Shown here piece by piece: positions 23,731 to 30,683 of a stretch of DNA of 50,468 nt. A program made the translations under genes and the position numbers. The stretch is from a virus. Numbering within the stretch: the stretch's first letter is position 1; the number at the start of each line of letters is the position of its first letter. The stretch covers positions 1 through 50,468 of the IMG/VR virus record IMGVR_UViG_3300029867_000006; one strand, 5' to 3'. The notes beneath the pieces are model-generated. The model did no database searches, was not told the origin of the DNA, and saw only the letters and a program-made list of their open reading frames with translations.

Positions 23731-24154
23731 GGAGTTTGAGGCCGCGCTGGTGCCCGCAACGCATGGTGAAATTGAGTTCTGGTTGAGAATGCTGGCCGCT
23801 GGCAAGGCTGTGAAGGGCGCTTCTGATTTAGACGCTGATGATCTCAAGATGAAATACGAGCAATATTATGCGGTTTGGGGCGGAAAGACGGACAAACACC
23901 ACGGCATTCCTGCTGGTATGCTCAAGGATGCGTGCGAGAATTGGATTGTGAGGAAGACGTTTTTCCCCGGTGTTGAGGAGATTGTTGCGGCTGTTGATGT
24001 TCGTCTAACAAACCGCCTTTCAGTGTTAAGGAAGTTGAAAGCACTGGCAAACTATGAGACGATAGAGGCTCCCAAAAAGAGCGACTTAACCAAAGAACAA
24101 CGTGAGGCTTTAACGGCACCGCATAGAATTTTAAAGGATATGAGCGATGATTAA
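23555..24154 (+). CDS. Hypothetical protein (replication module)
   Basis: 199 aa, good RBS ACGAGGAAATACCA-ATG. Overlaps the upstream gene by 176 nt in the +1 frame. Confidence 0.5.
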   Translation: MTQDLTTRNQTTAVATPQGALTLPRSLGTMLSTLELDFKNQLTLPPPEFDRSIVLSKVEEFEAALVPATHGEIEFWLRMLAAGKAVKGASDLDADDLKMKYEQYYAVWGGKTDKHHGIPAGMLKDACENWIVRKTFFPGVEEIVAAVDVRLTNRLSVLRKLKALANYETIEAPKKSDLTKEQREALTAPHRILKDMSDD

Positions 24155-24428
24155 TATTGAAATAAAAGAGAAGCGCCCTCCAAAACACCCCGGATACCCG
24201 TATCTTGGGAAAAGCAATGATGGATATGCCGGGGCGATATTGTTTATCAGCAAGGATCTAGGGGTATCTATTGGATATGGTGGAGAAAGTTCGATGGGTC
24301 CTGTAGAATATCATTTTGAGGGTAGTTTCGAGCCTTCAGATTATAGCCTGATTTTGGATTATAATGGGCGCTCAAAGGAGCCATATTTAGTGTATGATGG
24401 CCTGATGGGTACAATGCCGGGTGGATAG
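24147..24428 (+). CDS. Hypothetical protein
   Basis: 93 aa, 8-nt ATGATTAA overlap. Confidence 0.5.
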   Translation: MINIEIKEKRPPKHPGYPYLGKSNDGYAGAILFISKDLGVSIGYGGESSMGPVEYHFEGSFEPSDYSLILDYNGRSKEPYLVYDGLMGTMPGG

Positions 24429-24491
24429 GCACCCAAGAGGAACGCCGCGCACAAATAGCGCAAAGCCTCAAACAAATAACAAAGGATATGA

Positions 24492-24800
24492 ATGATGTTT
24501 AATAAAGAAGGGCTCCAACGATACGTAAACTCGCCGTTGATTTCTGTGGTTGAGTTATTCACAGATCACGACTGTAATCCTGATGACGGCGACTATTCGG
24601 CTAAATTTAGTTTTTCTGGTTTTATCGACAAAGAGGTTTTCGACGCCGCTGAGACAGCTATTATTGATGGATTTGATTTTAAATCAATGAAGCCTGAGGT
24701 AACATACACTGTGACTATGAAGTTGGTCGAGGAGTTTGAGGACTATTTTATAAACAAGCATTTTGAGATTACCGACACAATAGAAACCCCATTTAATTAA
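24492..24800 (+). CDS. Hypothetical acidic protein
   Basis: 102 aa. Preceded by the 17-nt junction repeat AAAGGATATGAATGATG. Confidence 0.55.
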   Translation: MMFNKEGLQRYVNSPLISVVELFTDHDCNPDDGDYSAKFSFSGFIDKEVFDAAETAIIDGFDFKSMKPEVTYTVTMKLVEEFEDYFINKHFEITDTIETPFN

Positions 24801-24809
24801 AGGATATGA

Positions 24810-25055
24810 ATGATGGATATTAGCAAAGAGTTCTGTGTTAAAATGGCAGCTCTGGAGGATGGTCAAGATATATATGCCAACTCACCAGAAAGGCTTGCGA
24901 TGGAAAAGGCGATAGATGAGTTTGTGTCATATCGCGGTGATGCCTTGATTGATGGGGATGTTGAGATCTTTATTCGAGGGTATATTGCCGGAGGATACGA
25001 TGCGGTTATGGCCACGGCCTGTGATGGATCTTTTAAGGAGCCAAAGAATGACTAA
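24810..25055 (+). CDS. Hypothetical protein
   Basis: 81 aa. Preceded by the same 17-nt junction repeat. Confidence 0.55.
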   Translation: MMDISKEFCVKMAALEDGQDIYANSPERLAMEKAIDEFVSYRGDALIDGDVEIFIRGYIAGGYDAVMATACDGSFKEPKND

Positions 25056-25254
25056 AATCAAATTAGCGCCCCCGGTTTCTATATGCAGTAATTGTGGCAG
25101 GACGCCTGTCCTTATCTCCAAGAACTGGTGGGCAATCTTTAAAAGAGAAGATGTGCGACTAAGGTGTTATTGTGGAAAAGATGGGACATGGGTTAAGCCA
25201 TTGAGCGGCGATAAATCCCTCCGTCATACAGCAGCCCGAGGATGGGCTAGCTAG
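25048..25254 (+). CDS. Lar-family-like zinc-ribbon protein (putative), paralog of 9826..10050
   Basis: 68 aa from ATG 25048 (AAGGAG RBS). CSNCG ... CYCGKDG ... AARGW. Confidence 0.45.
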   Translation: MTKIKLAPPVSICSNCGRTPVLISKNWWAIFKREDVRLRCYCGKDGTWVKPLSGDKSLRHTAARGWAS

Positions 25255-25267
25255 GAAAGGAAAGCAG

Positions 25268-25366
25268 ATGATAGATATTATTTGGTATTTAGGTTATGGG
25301 GCATTGGCAGTAGTAGCCTATTTCGCTCTGAGCCTGATTATTGGCGATTTACGTGGCATAAAATAA
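25268..25366 (+). CDS. Hypothetical small membrane protein
   Basis: 32 aa (MIDIIWYLGYGALAVVAYFALSLIIG..), GGAAAGGAAAGCAG RBS. Confidence 0.35.
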   Translation: MIDIIWYLGYGALAVVAYFALSLIIGDLRGIK

Positions 25367-25432
25367 CCAAAGAACAACGTGCAGAGCTAATAGCCCGCAC
25401 CACACGCTTAGGCAAAACAAAGGATAACGAGA

Positions 25433-25636
25433 GTGGATAACACAGATAGTGGCGCTAAATGGGTTTGTGGCGCAGAAATTCACGAACTCGCGGGAGGTGG
25501 ATATACGGTTTCGGTACAAGGTCGCGACGGGCTTTCTGATGCAGAGATAGCTAAAATTATCAAACTGGTAATGAATCATATTGAGAAAAACCCACAAGAA
25601 TCCAACACAGGAACAAAGGATGAAGATAATGAATAA
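25433..25636 (+). CDS. Hypothetical protein, tandem paralog of 25629..25835
   Basis: 67 aa, GTG start after AAAGGATAACGAGA. Shared KW.C.A.....G..TV...G..G.S..E. Confidence 0.5.
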   Translation: MDNTDSGAKWVCGAEIHELAGGGYTVSVQGRDGLSDAEIAKIIKLVMNHIEKNPQESNTGTKDEDNE

Positions 25637-25835
25637 CGACAAATGGCTATGCACTGCTACGGTGTTTCAAAAAGAAGATGGGCGATTCACGGTCTATCTG
25701 GATGGTGAGCCGGGCGCGTCAATGGAAGAAAAAACATACGCGTTTATTTTTGCGGCCAAGGCGTTTGAGAAAGAATGGGACCTAAGCGTCCAGCTTACCG
25801 ACTATCCGGCCCCCACAACCCCAAAGACCACCTAA
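25629..25835 (+). CDS. Hypothetical protein, tandem paralog of 25433..25636
   Basis: 68 aa from ATG 25629 (AAAGGATGAAGATA RBS). Confidence 0.5.
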   Translation: MNNDKWLCTATVFQKEDGRFTVYLDGEPGASMEEKTYAFIFAAKAFEKEWDLSVQLTDYPAPTTPKTT

Positions 25836-25906
25836 CCCATAGAACACCACCAACAACCCACCCCGCCTCTCCTGAGCGATCTGAGAGGCATACAAAGGAT
25901 AGAGAT

Positions 25907-26137
25907 GTGAATGATCTAGTTAAACTCATCACCGACGATGATGGCGTGGCTATAGAAAGCCCGGAATGGTGTTTGATTTACTTTGGGGGCGGCTCGGTAG
26001 TTACTTTGTGTTCAAGGGAAAGCTTTGGGTATGGTGATGGGCCTGAAGATTACCTCACCAAAAAAACCGAACGCGGTGGAATTACCTGCAATAACTGCTT
26101 GGCAATAATCAAAGAGATTAAGGCGGTGAAACTATGA
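25907..26137 (+). CDS. Hypothetical protein
   Basis: 76 aa from GTG 25907 (AAAGGATAGAGAT RBS). The longer track ORF upstream is Pro/Thr/His-rich and lacks an RBS. Confidence 0.5.
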   Translation: MNDLVKLITDDDGVAIESPEWCLIYFGGGSVVTLCSRESFGYGDGPEDYLTKKTERGGITCNNCLAIIKEIKAVKL

Positions 26138-26238
26138 CCAAAAGAACCCTCCCAGATGAGCTAGGACTATGGCTCACCATAACCGCAGGCTGTACGCTTG
26201 GATTAATGTCGTGGCTGTGGTTATTCGGCATTATCTAG
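26134..26238 (+). CDS. Hypothetical small membrane protein
   Basis: 34 aa, ATGA overlap, TM LWLTITAGCTLGLMSWLWLFGII. Confidence 0.35.
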   Translation: MTKRTLPDELGLWLTITAGCTLGLMSWLWLFGII

Positions 26239-26299
26239 TTGACAGGCCGGATTTAATCCCTATATTTAATGGTGTAAACAACAAACAAAGGAACATGAT
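26239..26299 (+). promoter_or_regulatory. Promoter plus conserved CA-rich leader (copy A of three)
   Basis: TTGACA (26239-26244), 16-nt spacer, TATATT (26261-26266), then ATGGTGTAAACAACAAACAAAGGAA (26269-26293), identical to 29809-29833. Confidence 0.55.
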
Positions 26300-26608
26300 A
26301 TGAGCTATTCACCGGGGCCGTGGAAAAGGGCAGTGGACTTTTTCGGAGTTGAGGACGCCAACGGAAATCTTGTTTTATTAGAGAAGTTTTCCCTTGGTAG
26401 CAGTCACCATTCAGAAGGAAACACCACCCTAGCCTTAGCGGCTCCGCAGCTACTAGAAGAGTTGGAGCATGTAACAAAGGCGTTTGAAAACCTACTTTTG
26501 TATGCCAGCCTAAACCCCGCTTGGGCGGATAATGGAGATTCTATTGCAGAGATCACGATTGCCCACTCTCGCGCCATTATCGCTAAAGCTAAAGGTGATG
26601 CCTCATGA
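26300..26608 (+). CDS. Hypothetical protein
   Basis: 102 aa. SPGPW ... ALAAPQLLEELE pattern seen in many small phage proteins. Confidence 0.6.
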   Translation: MSYSPGPWKRAVDFFGVEDANGNLVLLEKFSLGSSHHSEGNTTLALAAPQLLEELEHVTKAFENLLLYASLNPAWADNGDSIAEITIAHSRAIIAKAKGDAS

Positions 26609-26709
26609 TCACATGGATAATGAATAAGCTCTGCATCCGCTTTGAGACGGAAGAAGAAACCCGCAGGCGCATAGCCAGTGAGCGGAAACATAAGCCCGAT
26701 TGGGCATAA
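26605..26709 (+). CDS. Hypothetical small protein
   Basis: 34 aa, ATGA overlap. Confidence 0.35.
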   Translation: MITWIMNKLCIRFETEEETRRRIASERKHKPDWA

Positions 26710-26724
26710 CAAAAGGAACGCATT

Positions 26725-27081
26725 ATGACATTTGACTATTGGCACGAGTGCATTGCTGAAGCTTTCGAGGAGGCAGGTATTGCAGCCACACCAGACCAAG
26801 TCTCGACCGTCGTATCATGGGTTGAAGGCGCTCACGAAAATCATGGGCTAGCATCTGGCTCTGAGGTTGCATCATCTAACTACAACGCTGCGGAGAAAAG
26901 AGAAAAAGAAAAGCTTCGGGCTGATTTGGCTTTTGAGCAGGAGAAGGGGATTTGTCGTGATTGCAATGGGTATGGGCATATTAGCGTATCCTTGGGCTCT
27001 CACGTCGCCACTAGCGAATGCGCCAACTGCCGAGGCGATGGCAAAGTTCACCCGACGAAAGACAAGTCTCGGTATGTTTAA
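26725..27081 (+). CDS. Hypothetical protein with DnaJ-type CxxCxGxG zinc-finger motifs
   Basis: 118 aa. Contains CRDCNGYG and CANCRGDG. Confidence 0.6.
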   Translation: MTFDYWHECIAEAFEEAGIAATPDQVSTVVSWVEGAHENHGLASGSEVASSNYNAAEKREKEKLRADLAFEQEKGICRDCNGYGHISVSLGSHVATSECANCRGDGKVHPTKDKSRYV

Positions 27082-27232
27082 AATCGTCGTAATGTTCCAC
27101 AGTGGGCGAGAGAAGACACAACAACACTCAAGCTTCCTCATTGCCGAGCATAACTTTGAAAAATACTCCGCCGACCCAACCGTTAAACGGGTTATACTGA
27201 AACAGAAGAACACAATATTGAGGCGATCATGA
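27074..27232 (+). CDS. Hypothetical small protein
   Basis: 52 aa from ATG 27074, 8-nt overlap with the upstream gene. Confidence 0.4.
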   Translation: MFKIVVMFHSGREKTQQHSSFLIAEHNFEKYSADPTVKRVILKQKNTILRRS

Positions 27233-27429
27233 CAGAAACAACGGAATGGAGCGCGACAGATATTAAAAATGTTGACGATGCGTCACTCTATTTATTGGAA
27301 AGCTTTCAGTGGGATGATCGTCCCACACAAGAGAGTTTAATCGCAATCCTCCAAGACATTGCCAATTCCAAATGGATGCAACAAAGAGCCAAGGACGGCA
27401 AACAGGTCATTTTGGCTGGAAAGGGATAA
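27229..27429 (+). CDS. Hypothetical acidic protein
   Basis: 66 aa, ATGA overlap. Confidence 0.5.
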   Translation: MTETTEWSATDIKNVDDASLYLLESFQWDDRPTQESLIAILQDIANSKWMQQRAKDGKQVILAGKG

Positions 27430-27432
27430 CCA

Positions 27433-27573
27433 ATGACACAGGAGAACGCAGTCTATAAAGCTATGATTGAGACGGTTCGCCAAGTTGGCATTCCAGCCCT
27501 CAAACAATCCACACTATTCATCCGATCCGCCCGCAAATGGGATTTGGAACAACACGCAAAGGATAACCAATGA
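27433..27573 (+). CDS. Hypothetical small protein
   Basis: 46 aa. RBS and start GGATAACCAATGA are identical to those of the next gene. Confidence 0.45.
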   Translation: MTQENAVYKAMIETVRQVGIPALKQSTLFIRSARKWDLEQHAKDNQ

Positions 27574-27800
27574 TAAATTGTGATGAAAATAGACATATTG
27601 CGACACTTAAGAGCGCTGGAAGTCACGTTATTGATGAGGAATGCGTAACAAAGATTTGGCTATGCAATGATGGGTGTGGCCCGATGGGTTATTACGATAG
27701 AATCCACATCTTCTGCGTTTGGGAGCCAGATGATAATTCTGGTGAGGTGCTTTGGAAGACGATCCCGGCTCACATGGTTGACGGGTGGGAGGTTCTTTGA
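27570..27800 (+). CDS. Hypothetical protein, paralog of 13157..13396 (- strand)
   Basis: 76 aa; see 13157..13396. Confidence 0.55.
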   Translation: MINCDENRHIATLKSAGSHVIDEECVTKIWLCNDGCGPMGYYDRIHIFCVWEPDDNSGEVLWKTIPAHMVDGWEVL

Positions 27801-27813
27801 TGAACATCAAAGC

Positions 27814-27841
27814 TAGATAATCCCACACAATAGGGTATACT
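27814..27841 (+). promoter_or_regulatory. Promoter of the CCCAC-AATAGGGT family
   Basis: TAGATA (27814-27819), 16-nt spacer CCCACACAATAGGG, TATACT (27836-27841). Confidence 0.45.
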
Positions 27842-28166
27842 GAATATTGCGGCGGCGCTGAAAGCAGAAGCGCAGGGTTAGTCAACCCGAATGACGTACC
27901 CTCCTCGTGACTCGGGAGGGGTAAATTGCACATTGACTGCATATCGTCGAGTGAGAGTAGCGCCTCACCTGCAATATAGGAGGCTAAAGATGGTAGATGG
28001 ATGGGGTGGCCTTTGAGCCGCTAATTGAATACTAATTGTGTGGAGATGTGACGGCGGGCTTTTCTTCTTTCAACCGCCAGAATATAGGCAATACGTGTTG
28101 AAGCGCGTATACGGCAAAGCAATGTAGGAAACAGCAAGCCTACCCACACAAATACTAAACAAACAC

Positions 28167-28195
28167 TAGACCCCACCAATAGGGTTTGATACAAT
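28167..28195 (+). promoter_or_regulatory. Promoter of the CCCAC-AATAGGGT family
   Basis: TAGACC (28167-28172), 17-nt spacer CCACCAATAGGGTTTGA, TACAAT (28190-28195). Confidence 0.5.
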
Positions 28196-28200
28196 CAGTT

Positions 28201-28293
28201 TGTGATGTCGGAGGCGGATTTATTTGTTGGTCCAAGAGTTTTCTCACGGTTCGCTGGGTGTCCTTTCCTCGCGCTCTGTTCTCCGGCATCACA
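28201..28293 (+). promoter_or_regulatory. Structured 5' leader closed by a 13-bp long-range helix
   Basis: TGTGATGTCGGAG (28201-28213) pairs with CTCCGGCATCACA (28281-28293), with one G-U pair, enclosing 67 nt. Confidence 0.45.
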
Positions 28294-28372
28294 TTACTAG
28301 AGCCTATATTCATAATCACGCTCCACAAGCGATGTAGTAGAGTTTTGGGACTCCATAAAAAGCAGAGGCAAT

Positions 28373-28516
28373 ATGTCTAATTTCAAAGATCTAGTTAAAG
28401 CCCGCGCCGACCGTGATCCGGAATTTAAGGCCGCGCTGTTGCAAGAAATTGAAGTGCTGGAGAAAGAAGGCGACACCGACACGGCTGAATGTGTTAAGCA
28501 GATGATGGAGAATTAA
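28373..28516 (+). CDS. Hypothetical small acidic protein
   Basis: 47 aa (MSNFKDLVKARADRDPEFKAALLQEIEVLEKEGDTD..), AGAGG RBS. Below the track cutoff. Confidence 0.45.
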   Translation: MSNFKDLVKARADRDPEFKAALLQEIEVLEKEGDTDTAECVKQMMEN

Positions 28517-28550
28517 TTCCTCCCGGCATCACATTTCAAAAGGAGCTGTA

Positions 28551-28763
28551 ATGTCTACGTATTCATTTGATAAAAAAATTGGGTTGGGCGGCGTGTCTGT
28601 ATCGGACTATCACTTCCATCCGGTTTACGGAACGATTGGCCGAAAGATCAAGAGATCTATTGCAAGAAAAACTCGGAGAAGAGCCCGAGAATATTGGCGT
28701 AAATCCATTGCTAAGCAAATACAGGATGAAAACAACAATCAAAGAGGATTTCACAATGACTAA
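28551..28763 (+). CDS. Hypothetical basic protein
   Basis: 70 aa, strong AAAGGAG RBS, Arg/Lys-rich. Confidence 0.45.
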   Translation: MSTYSFDKKIGLGGVSVSDYHFHPVYGTIGRKIKRSIARKTRRRAREYWRKSIAKQIQDENNNQRGFHND

Positions 28764-29244
28764 AGAACAAACACGGTTTGATAAGTGGATGCTACACAAA
28801 GAAGCTGGAGGTAATCGCTATGGCAGGATGTTGGACGACATAACCCCGCTGTGCCGCAGGTTTCGCAAGGGCAATGACGCTAAATTTGCGTTTTATAATG
28901 GCGTCCGAGAGTGGGTGAGGGAGGCTTTTAAGGCGGGTGAAAAGAGCGGTATAGATATTGTATTTGAGGCGCTTAATGATGAGGTGCTTGAGACTAAACC
29001 CAACACACTAGCAGAGAGTATAATGGAGGGCCTTCAAGACGCGCTTGGATACGTCAAGGCTCTCGCGGATTATTTGGACTCCACTTATCTACCGTCAGAA
29101 GAGGAAGAGCGCGGTTCAGCCAAAGACGCGTTTAACGCTGGTTGGAATGCAGCTCTAGGTTCTATCTACACCACAGAGGTTGTGAGTGAGGTTATTAATG
29201 ATGCTGTAAGAGACAAGCAAGAAAAGGGGAAACGGAGTGACTAA
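28756..29244 (+). CDS. Hypothetical protein
   Basis: 162 aa from ATG 28756 (AGAGGA RBS, ATGACTAA overlap). The longer track ORF from 28567 overlaps the previous gene. Confidence 0.55.
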   Translation: MTKEQTRFDKWMLHKEAGGNRYGRMLDDITPLCRRFRKGNDAKFAFYNGVREWVREAFKAGEKSGIDIVFEALNDEVLETKPNTLAESIMEGLQDALGYVKALADYLDSTYLPSEEEERGSAKDAFNAGWNAALGSIYTTEVVSEVINDAVRDKQEKGKRSD

Positions 29245-29473
29245 AGATCAAACATCGGACCAGCTTCTTGAGAGCCTAGAAGAGGACGCGTCGCTTGGAA
29301 TGTATGCGTTTGTGGATTGGTTTGTTGACCGAAATGGACCCATAACACCTGAGCACTTGGACCTTGTTAAGGTGGTGTATCTTGAGGGCTGGATCGAGGA
29401 CAAACAAGACATTCAAACCATTAAAGACCGTGCTAATGAGCCGCGCACTAAGGTTGATGTGGGGGATTTATGA
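29237..29473 (+). CDS. Hypothetical acidic protein
   Basis: 78 aa, GTG start (GTGACTAAAGA). Confidence 0.5.
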   Translation: MTKDQTSDQLLESLEEDASLGMYAFVDWFVDRNGPITPEHLDLVKVVYLEGWIEDKQDIQTIKDRANEPRTKVDVGDL

Positions 29474-29613
29474 GCAAGGACAAAAGAGAGTTAGAGGATG
29501 CCATGGCTGACTTCAGATCCTCAACAGAGCGGATGTACGAGTATGACTTTGAAGAGCTAATGGAAGCATTCCTCGCAGGTTGGAAAGCAAGAGACAAACA
29601 GGAGAGTAAGTAG
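29470..29613 (+). CDS. Hypothetical small protein
   Basis: 47 aa, ATGA overlap. Confidence 0.4.
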   Translation: MSKDKRELEDAMADFRSSTERMYEYDFEELMEAFLAGWKARDKQESK

Positions 29614-29793
29614 ATGATTGATTACCTACACCAAAACAACATAGAAGATGCTCAAGAATGGTGGAAGAGACGTGATAGCATGATGTTAAGCCCAATGACT
29701 GACGCTGGAAAGGCCGTTGCCCTCTTGGTGCTAGAAGTAACCCAACTACGCAAAGAGCTAGAGCGTCTCCACTCAATCATTGACAAGCCCTAA
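29614..29793 (+). CDS. Hypothetical small protein
   Basis: 59 aa starting directly after the previous TAG. Its 3' end carries the -35 of promoter copy B. Confidence 0.45.
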   Translation: MIDYLHQNNIEDAQEWWKRRDSMMLSPMTDAGKAVALLVLEVTQLRKELERLHSIIDKP

Positions 29794-29839
29794 CATGCGC
29801 TTATAGTGATGGTGTAAACAACAAACAAAGGAATATGAG
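29780..29839 (+). promoter_or_regulatory. Promoter plus conserved CA-rich leader (copy B of three)
   Basis: TTGACA (29780-29785), 16-nt spacer, TATAGT (29802-29807), then ATGGTGTAAACAACAAACAAAGGAA (29809-29833). Confidence 0.55.
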
Positions 29840-30142
29840 ATGGACGATCTACTAACAGAGATGACTAAGGCCCACCACAGTAAAGAAATTGAGGGATTCT
29901 ACGTTGATCTTTGGGATCGTTTATACAAGCATGACCAAAGATCAAGGCTGGACAGCATGAAAGCGGCCCTAGAGGTATTAAAGAACCCACCAGAGGAGTT
30001 CCTAGAGGCTATGGTGGAGCATATGTATGCAATGAGCCGCCTCGTTGATCTTGGTGACACTCATTTAGACGAAACAGATATGCAACGCCTTCTCCAAGCA
30101 GCAATCAATCAAACACTAAAGGATGATGAAGATGGAAAATAA
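29840..30142 (+). CDS. Hypothetical protein
   Basis: 100 aa; first gene behind promoter copy B. Confidence 0.6.
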   Translation: MDDLLTEMTKAHHSKEIEGFYVDLWDRLYKHDQRSRLDSMKAALEVLKNPPEEFLEAMVEHMYAMSRLVDLGDTHLDETDMQRLLQAAINQTLKDDEDGK

Positions 30143-30260
30143 TAAAAGCCCTCTAGACGGTAAGCCGTGGTTTGGTGAGGATGTAACCCCGATGTGGATG
30201 GCTGTTATTTTTGCTGTTTTTTCTATCGTGTTCCCAATCGTGCTCATATCTCTGATTTGA
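30132..30260 (+). CDS. Hypothetical small membrane protein
   Basis: 42 aa, TM MWMAVIFAVFSIVFPIVLISLI. Confidence 0.35.
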   Translation: MENNKSPLDGKPWFGEDVTPMWMAVIFAVFSIVFPIVLISLI

Positions 30261-30288
30261 CTTCCCGACCTCAGGAACCCAAAAACCC

Positions 30289-30317
30289 TAGCAATACCGC
30301 CGTATATAGCGTAGAAT
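30289..30317 (+). promoter_or_regulatory. Promoter-like element
   Basis: TAGCAA (30289-30294), 17-nt spacer, TAGAAT (30312-30317). Confidence 0.4.
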
Positions 30318-30323
30318 AAACAA

Positions 30324-30418
30324 GCTTAAGAGGTGGAACGGCCTCCCATACACCAGTAAGACGCTGGTACATTAGCCGCAAGGTGAAGAGATCCGGGGTT
30401 GGGCATCCCGGCTTAAGC
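30324..30418 (+). ncRNA. tRNA-like cloverleaf element in the leader of gene 30442 (not a canonical tRNA)
   Basis: A perfect 7-bp acceptor-like helix 30324-30330/30412-30418 encloses three hairpins. A 5-bp arm with a GTTGGGCAT loop abuts the 3' acceptor strand. No U33, no canonical T-loop, no CCA. Confidence 0.4.
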
Positions 30419-30441
30419 ATAAACATTGAAAAGGAAAGACG

Positions 30442-30681
30442 ATGATTGAATCTAGAGCAGAAATGAAGGCCAATTTATTCCCATGGCTCAATGAGAACGG
30501 GCACCAAGTCGAGGTAAAGGTGCTTGCCTCTAGTGAGGAGGGAAAAGCCACTATTGAGGAGGTGAGTGTTAAGCGCCTTGATCGTGATGTTATGTTTACT
30601 CACACCGAATGGCTCCGTCTGGTAAAAGCTGTTGCAGATCTAGCCCGTGGCGCTAAGGACACCCTAAACACAAAGGACTAA
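30442..30681 (+). CDS. Hypothetical protein
   Basis: 79 aa, AAAGGAAAGACG RBS. Confidence 0.55.
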   Translation: MIESRAEMKANLFPWLNENGHQVEVKVLASSEEGKATIEEVSVKRLDRDVMFTHTEWLRLVKAVADLARGAKDTLNTKD

Positions 30682-30683
30682 CC

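Noticed and set aside
27819-28151. DnaA-box-like sequences (for example CTACCCACA at 28140-28148, and AATCCACA-type 8-mers scattered at about 17194, 20584, 27497, 27706 and 32387) as binding sites for the DnaA domain IV protein
   Set aside because: The matches are only 7 of 9 to TTATCCACA. They are dispersed rather than clustered, and the CCCAC copies are better explained as part of the promoter family. This needs a proper scan with the host consensus.
27628-28380. Track ORFs 27628..27942 (minus, 104 aa) and 28186..28380 (plus, 64 aa) inside or next to the long non-coding region
   Set aside because: There is no SD. The first overlaps gene 27570..27800 on the opposite strand, and the second begins inside a promoter. 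Neither has protein-like composition. The region is treated as non-coding.
28373-28516. The 47-aa protein resembles the N-terminal part (DPEF.AALL.E....E.GD) of HigA-type antidote proteins, hinting at a toxin-antitoxin pair
   Set aside because: There is no HTH domain and no toxin-like partner. The similarity is a short low-complexity helix recalled from memory, which is too weak to call.
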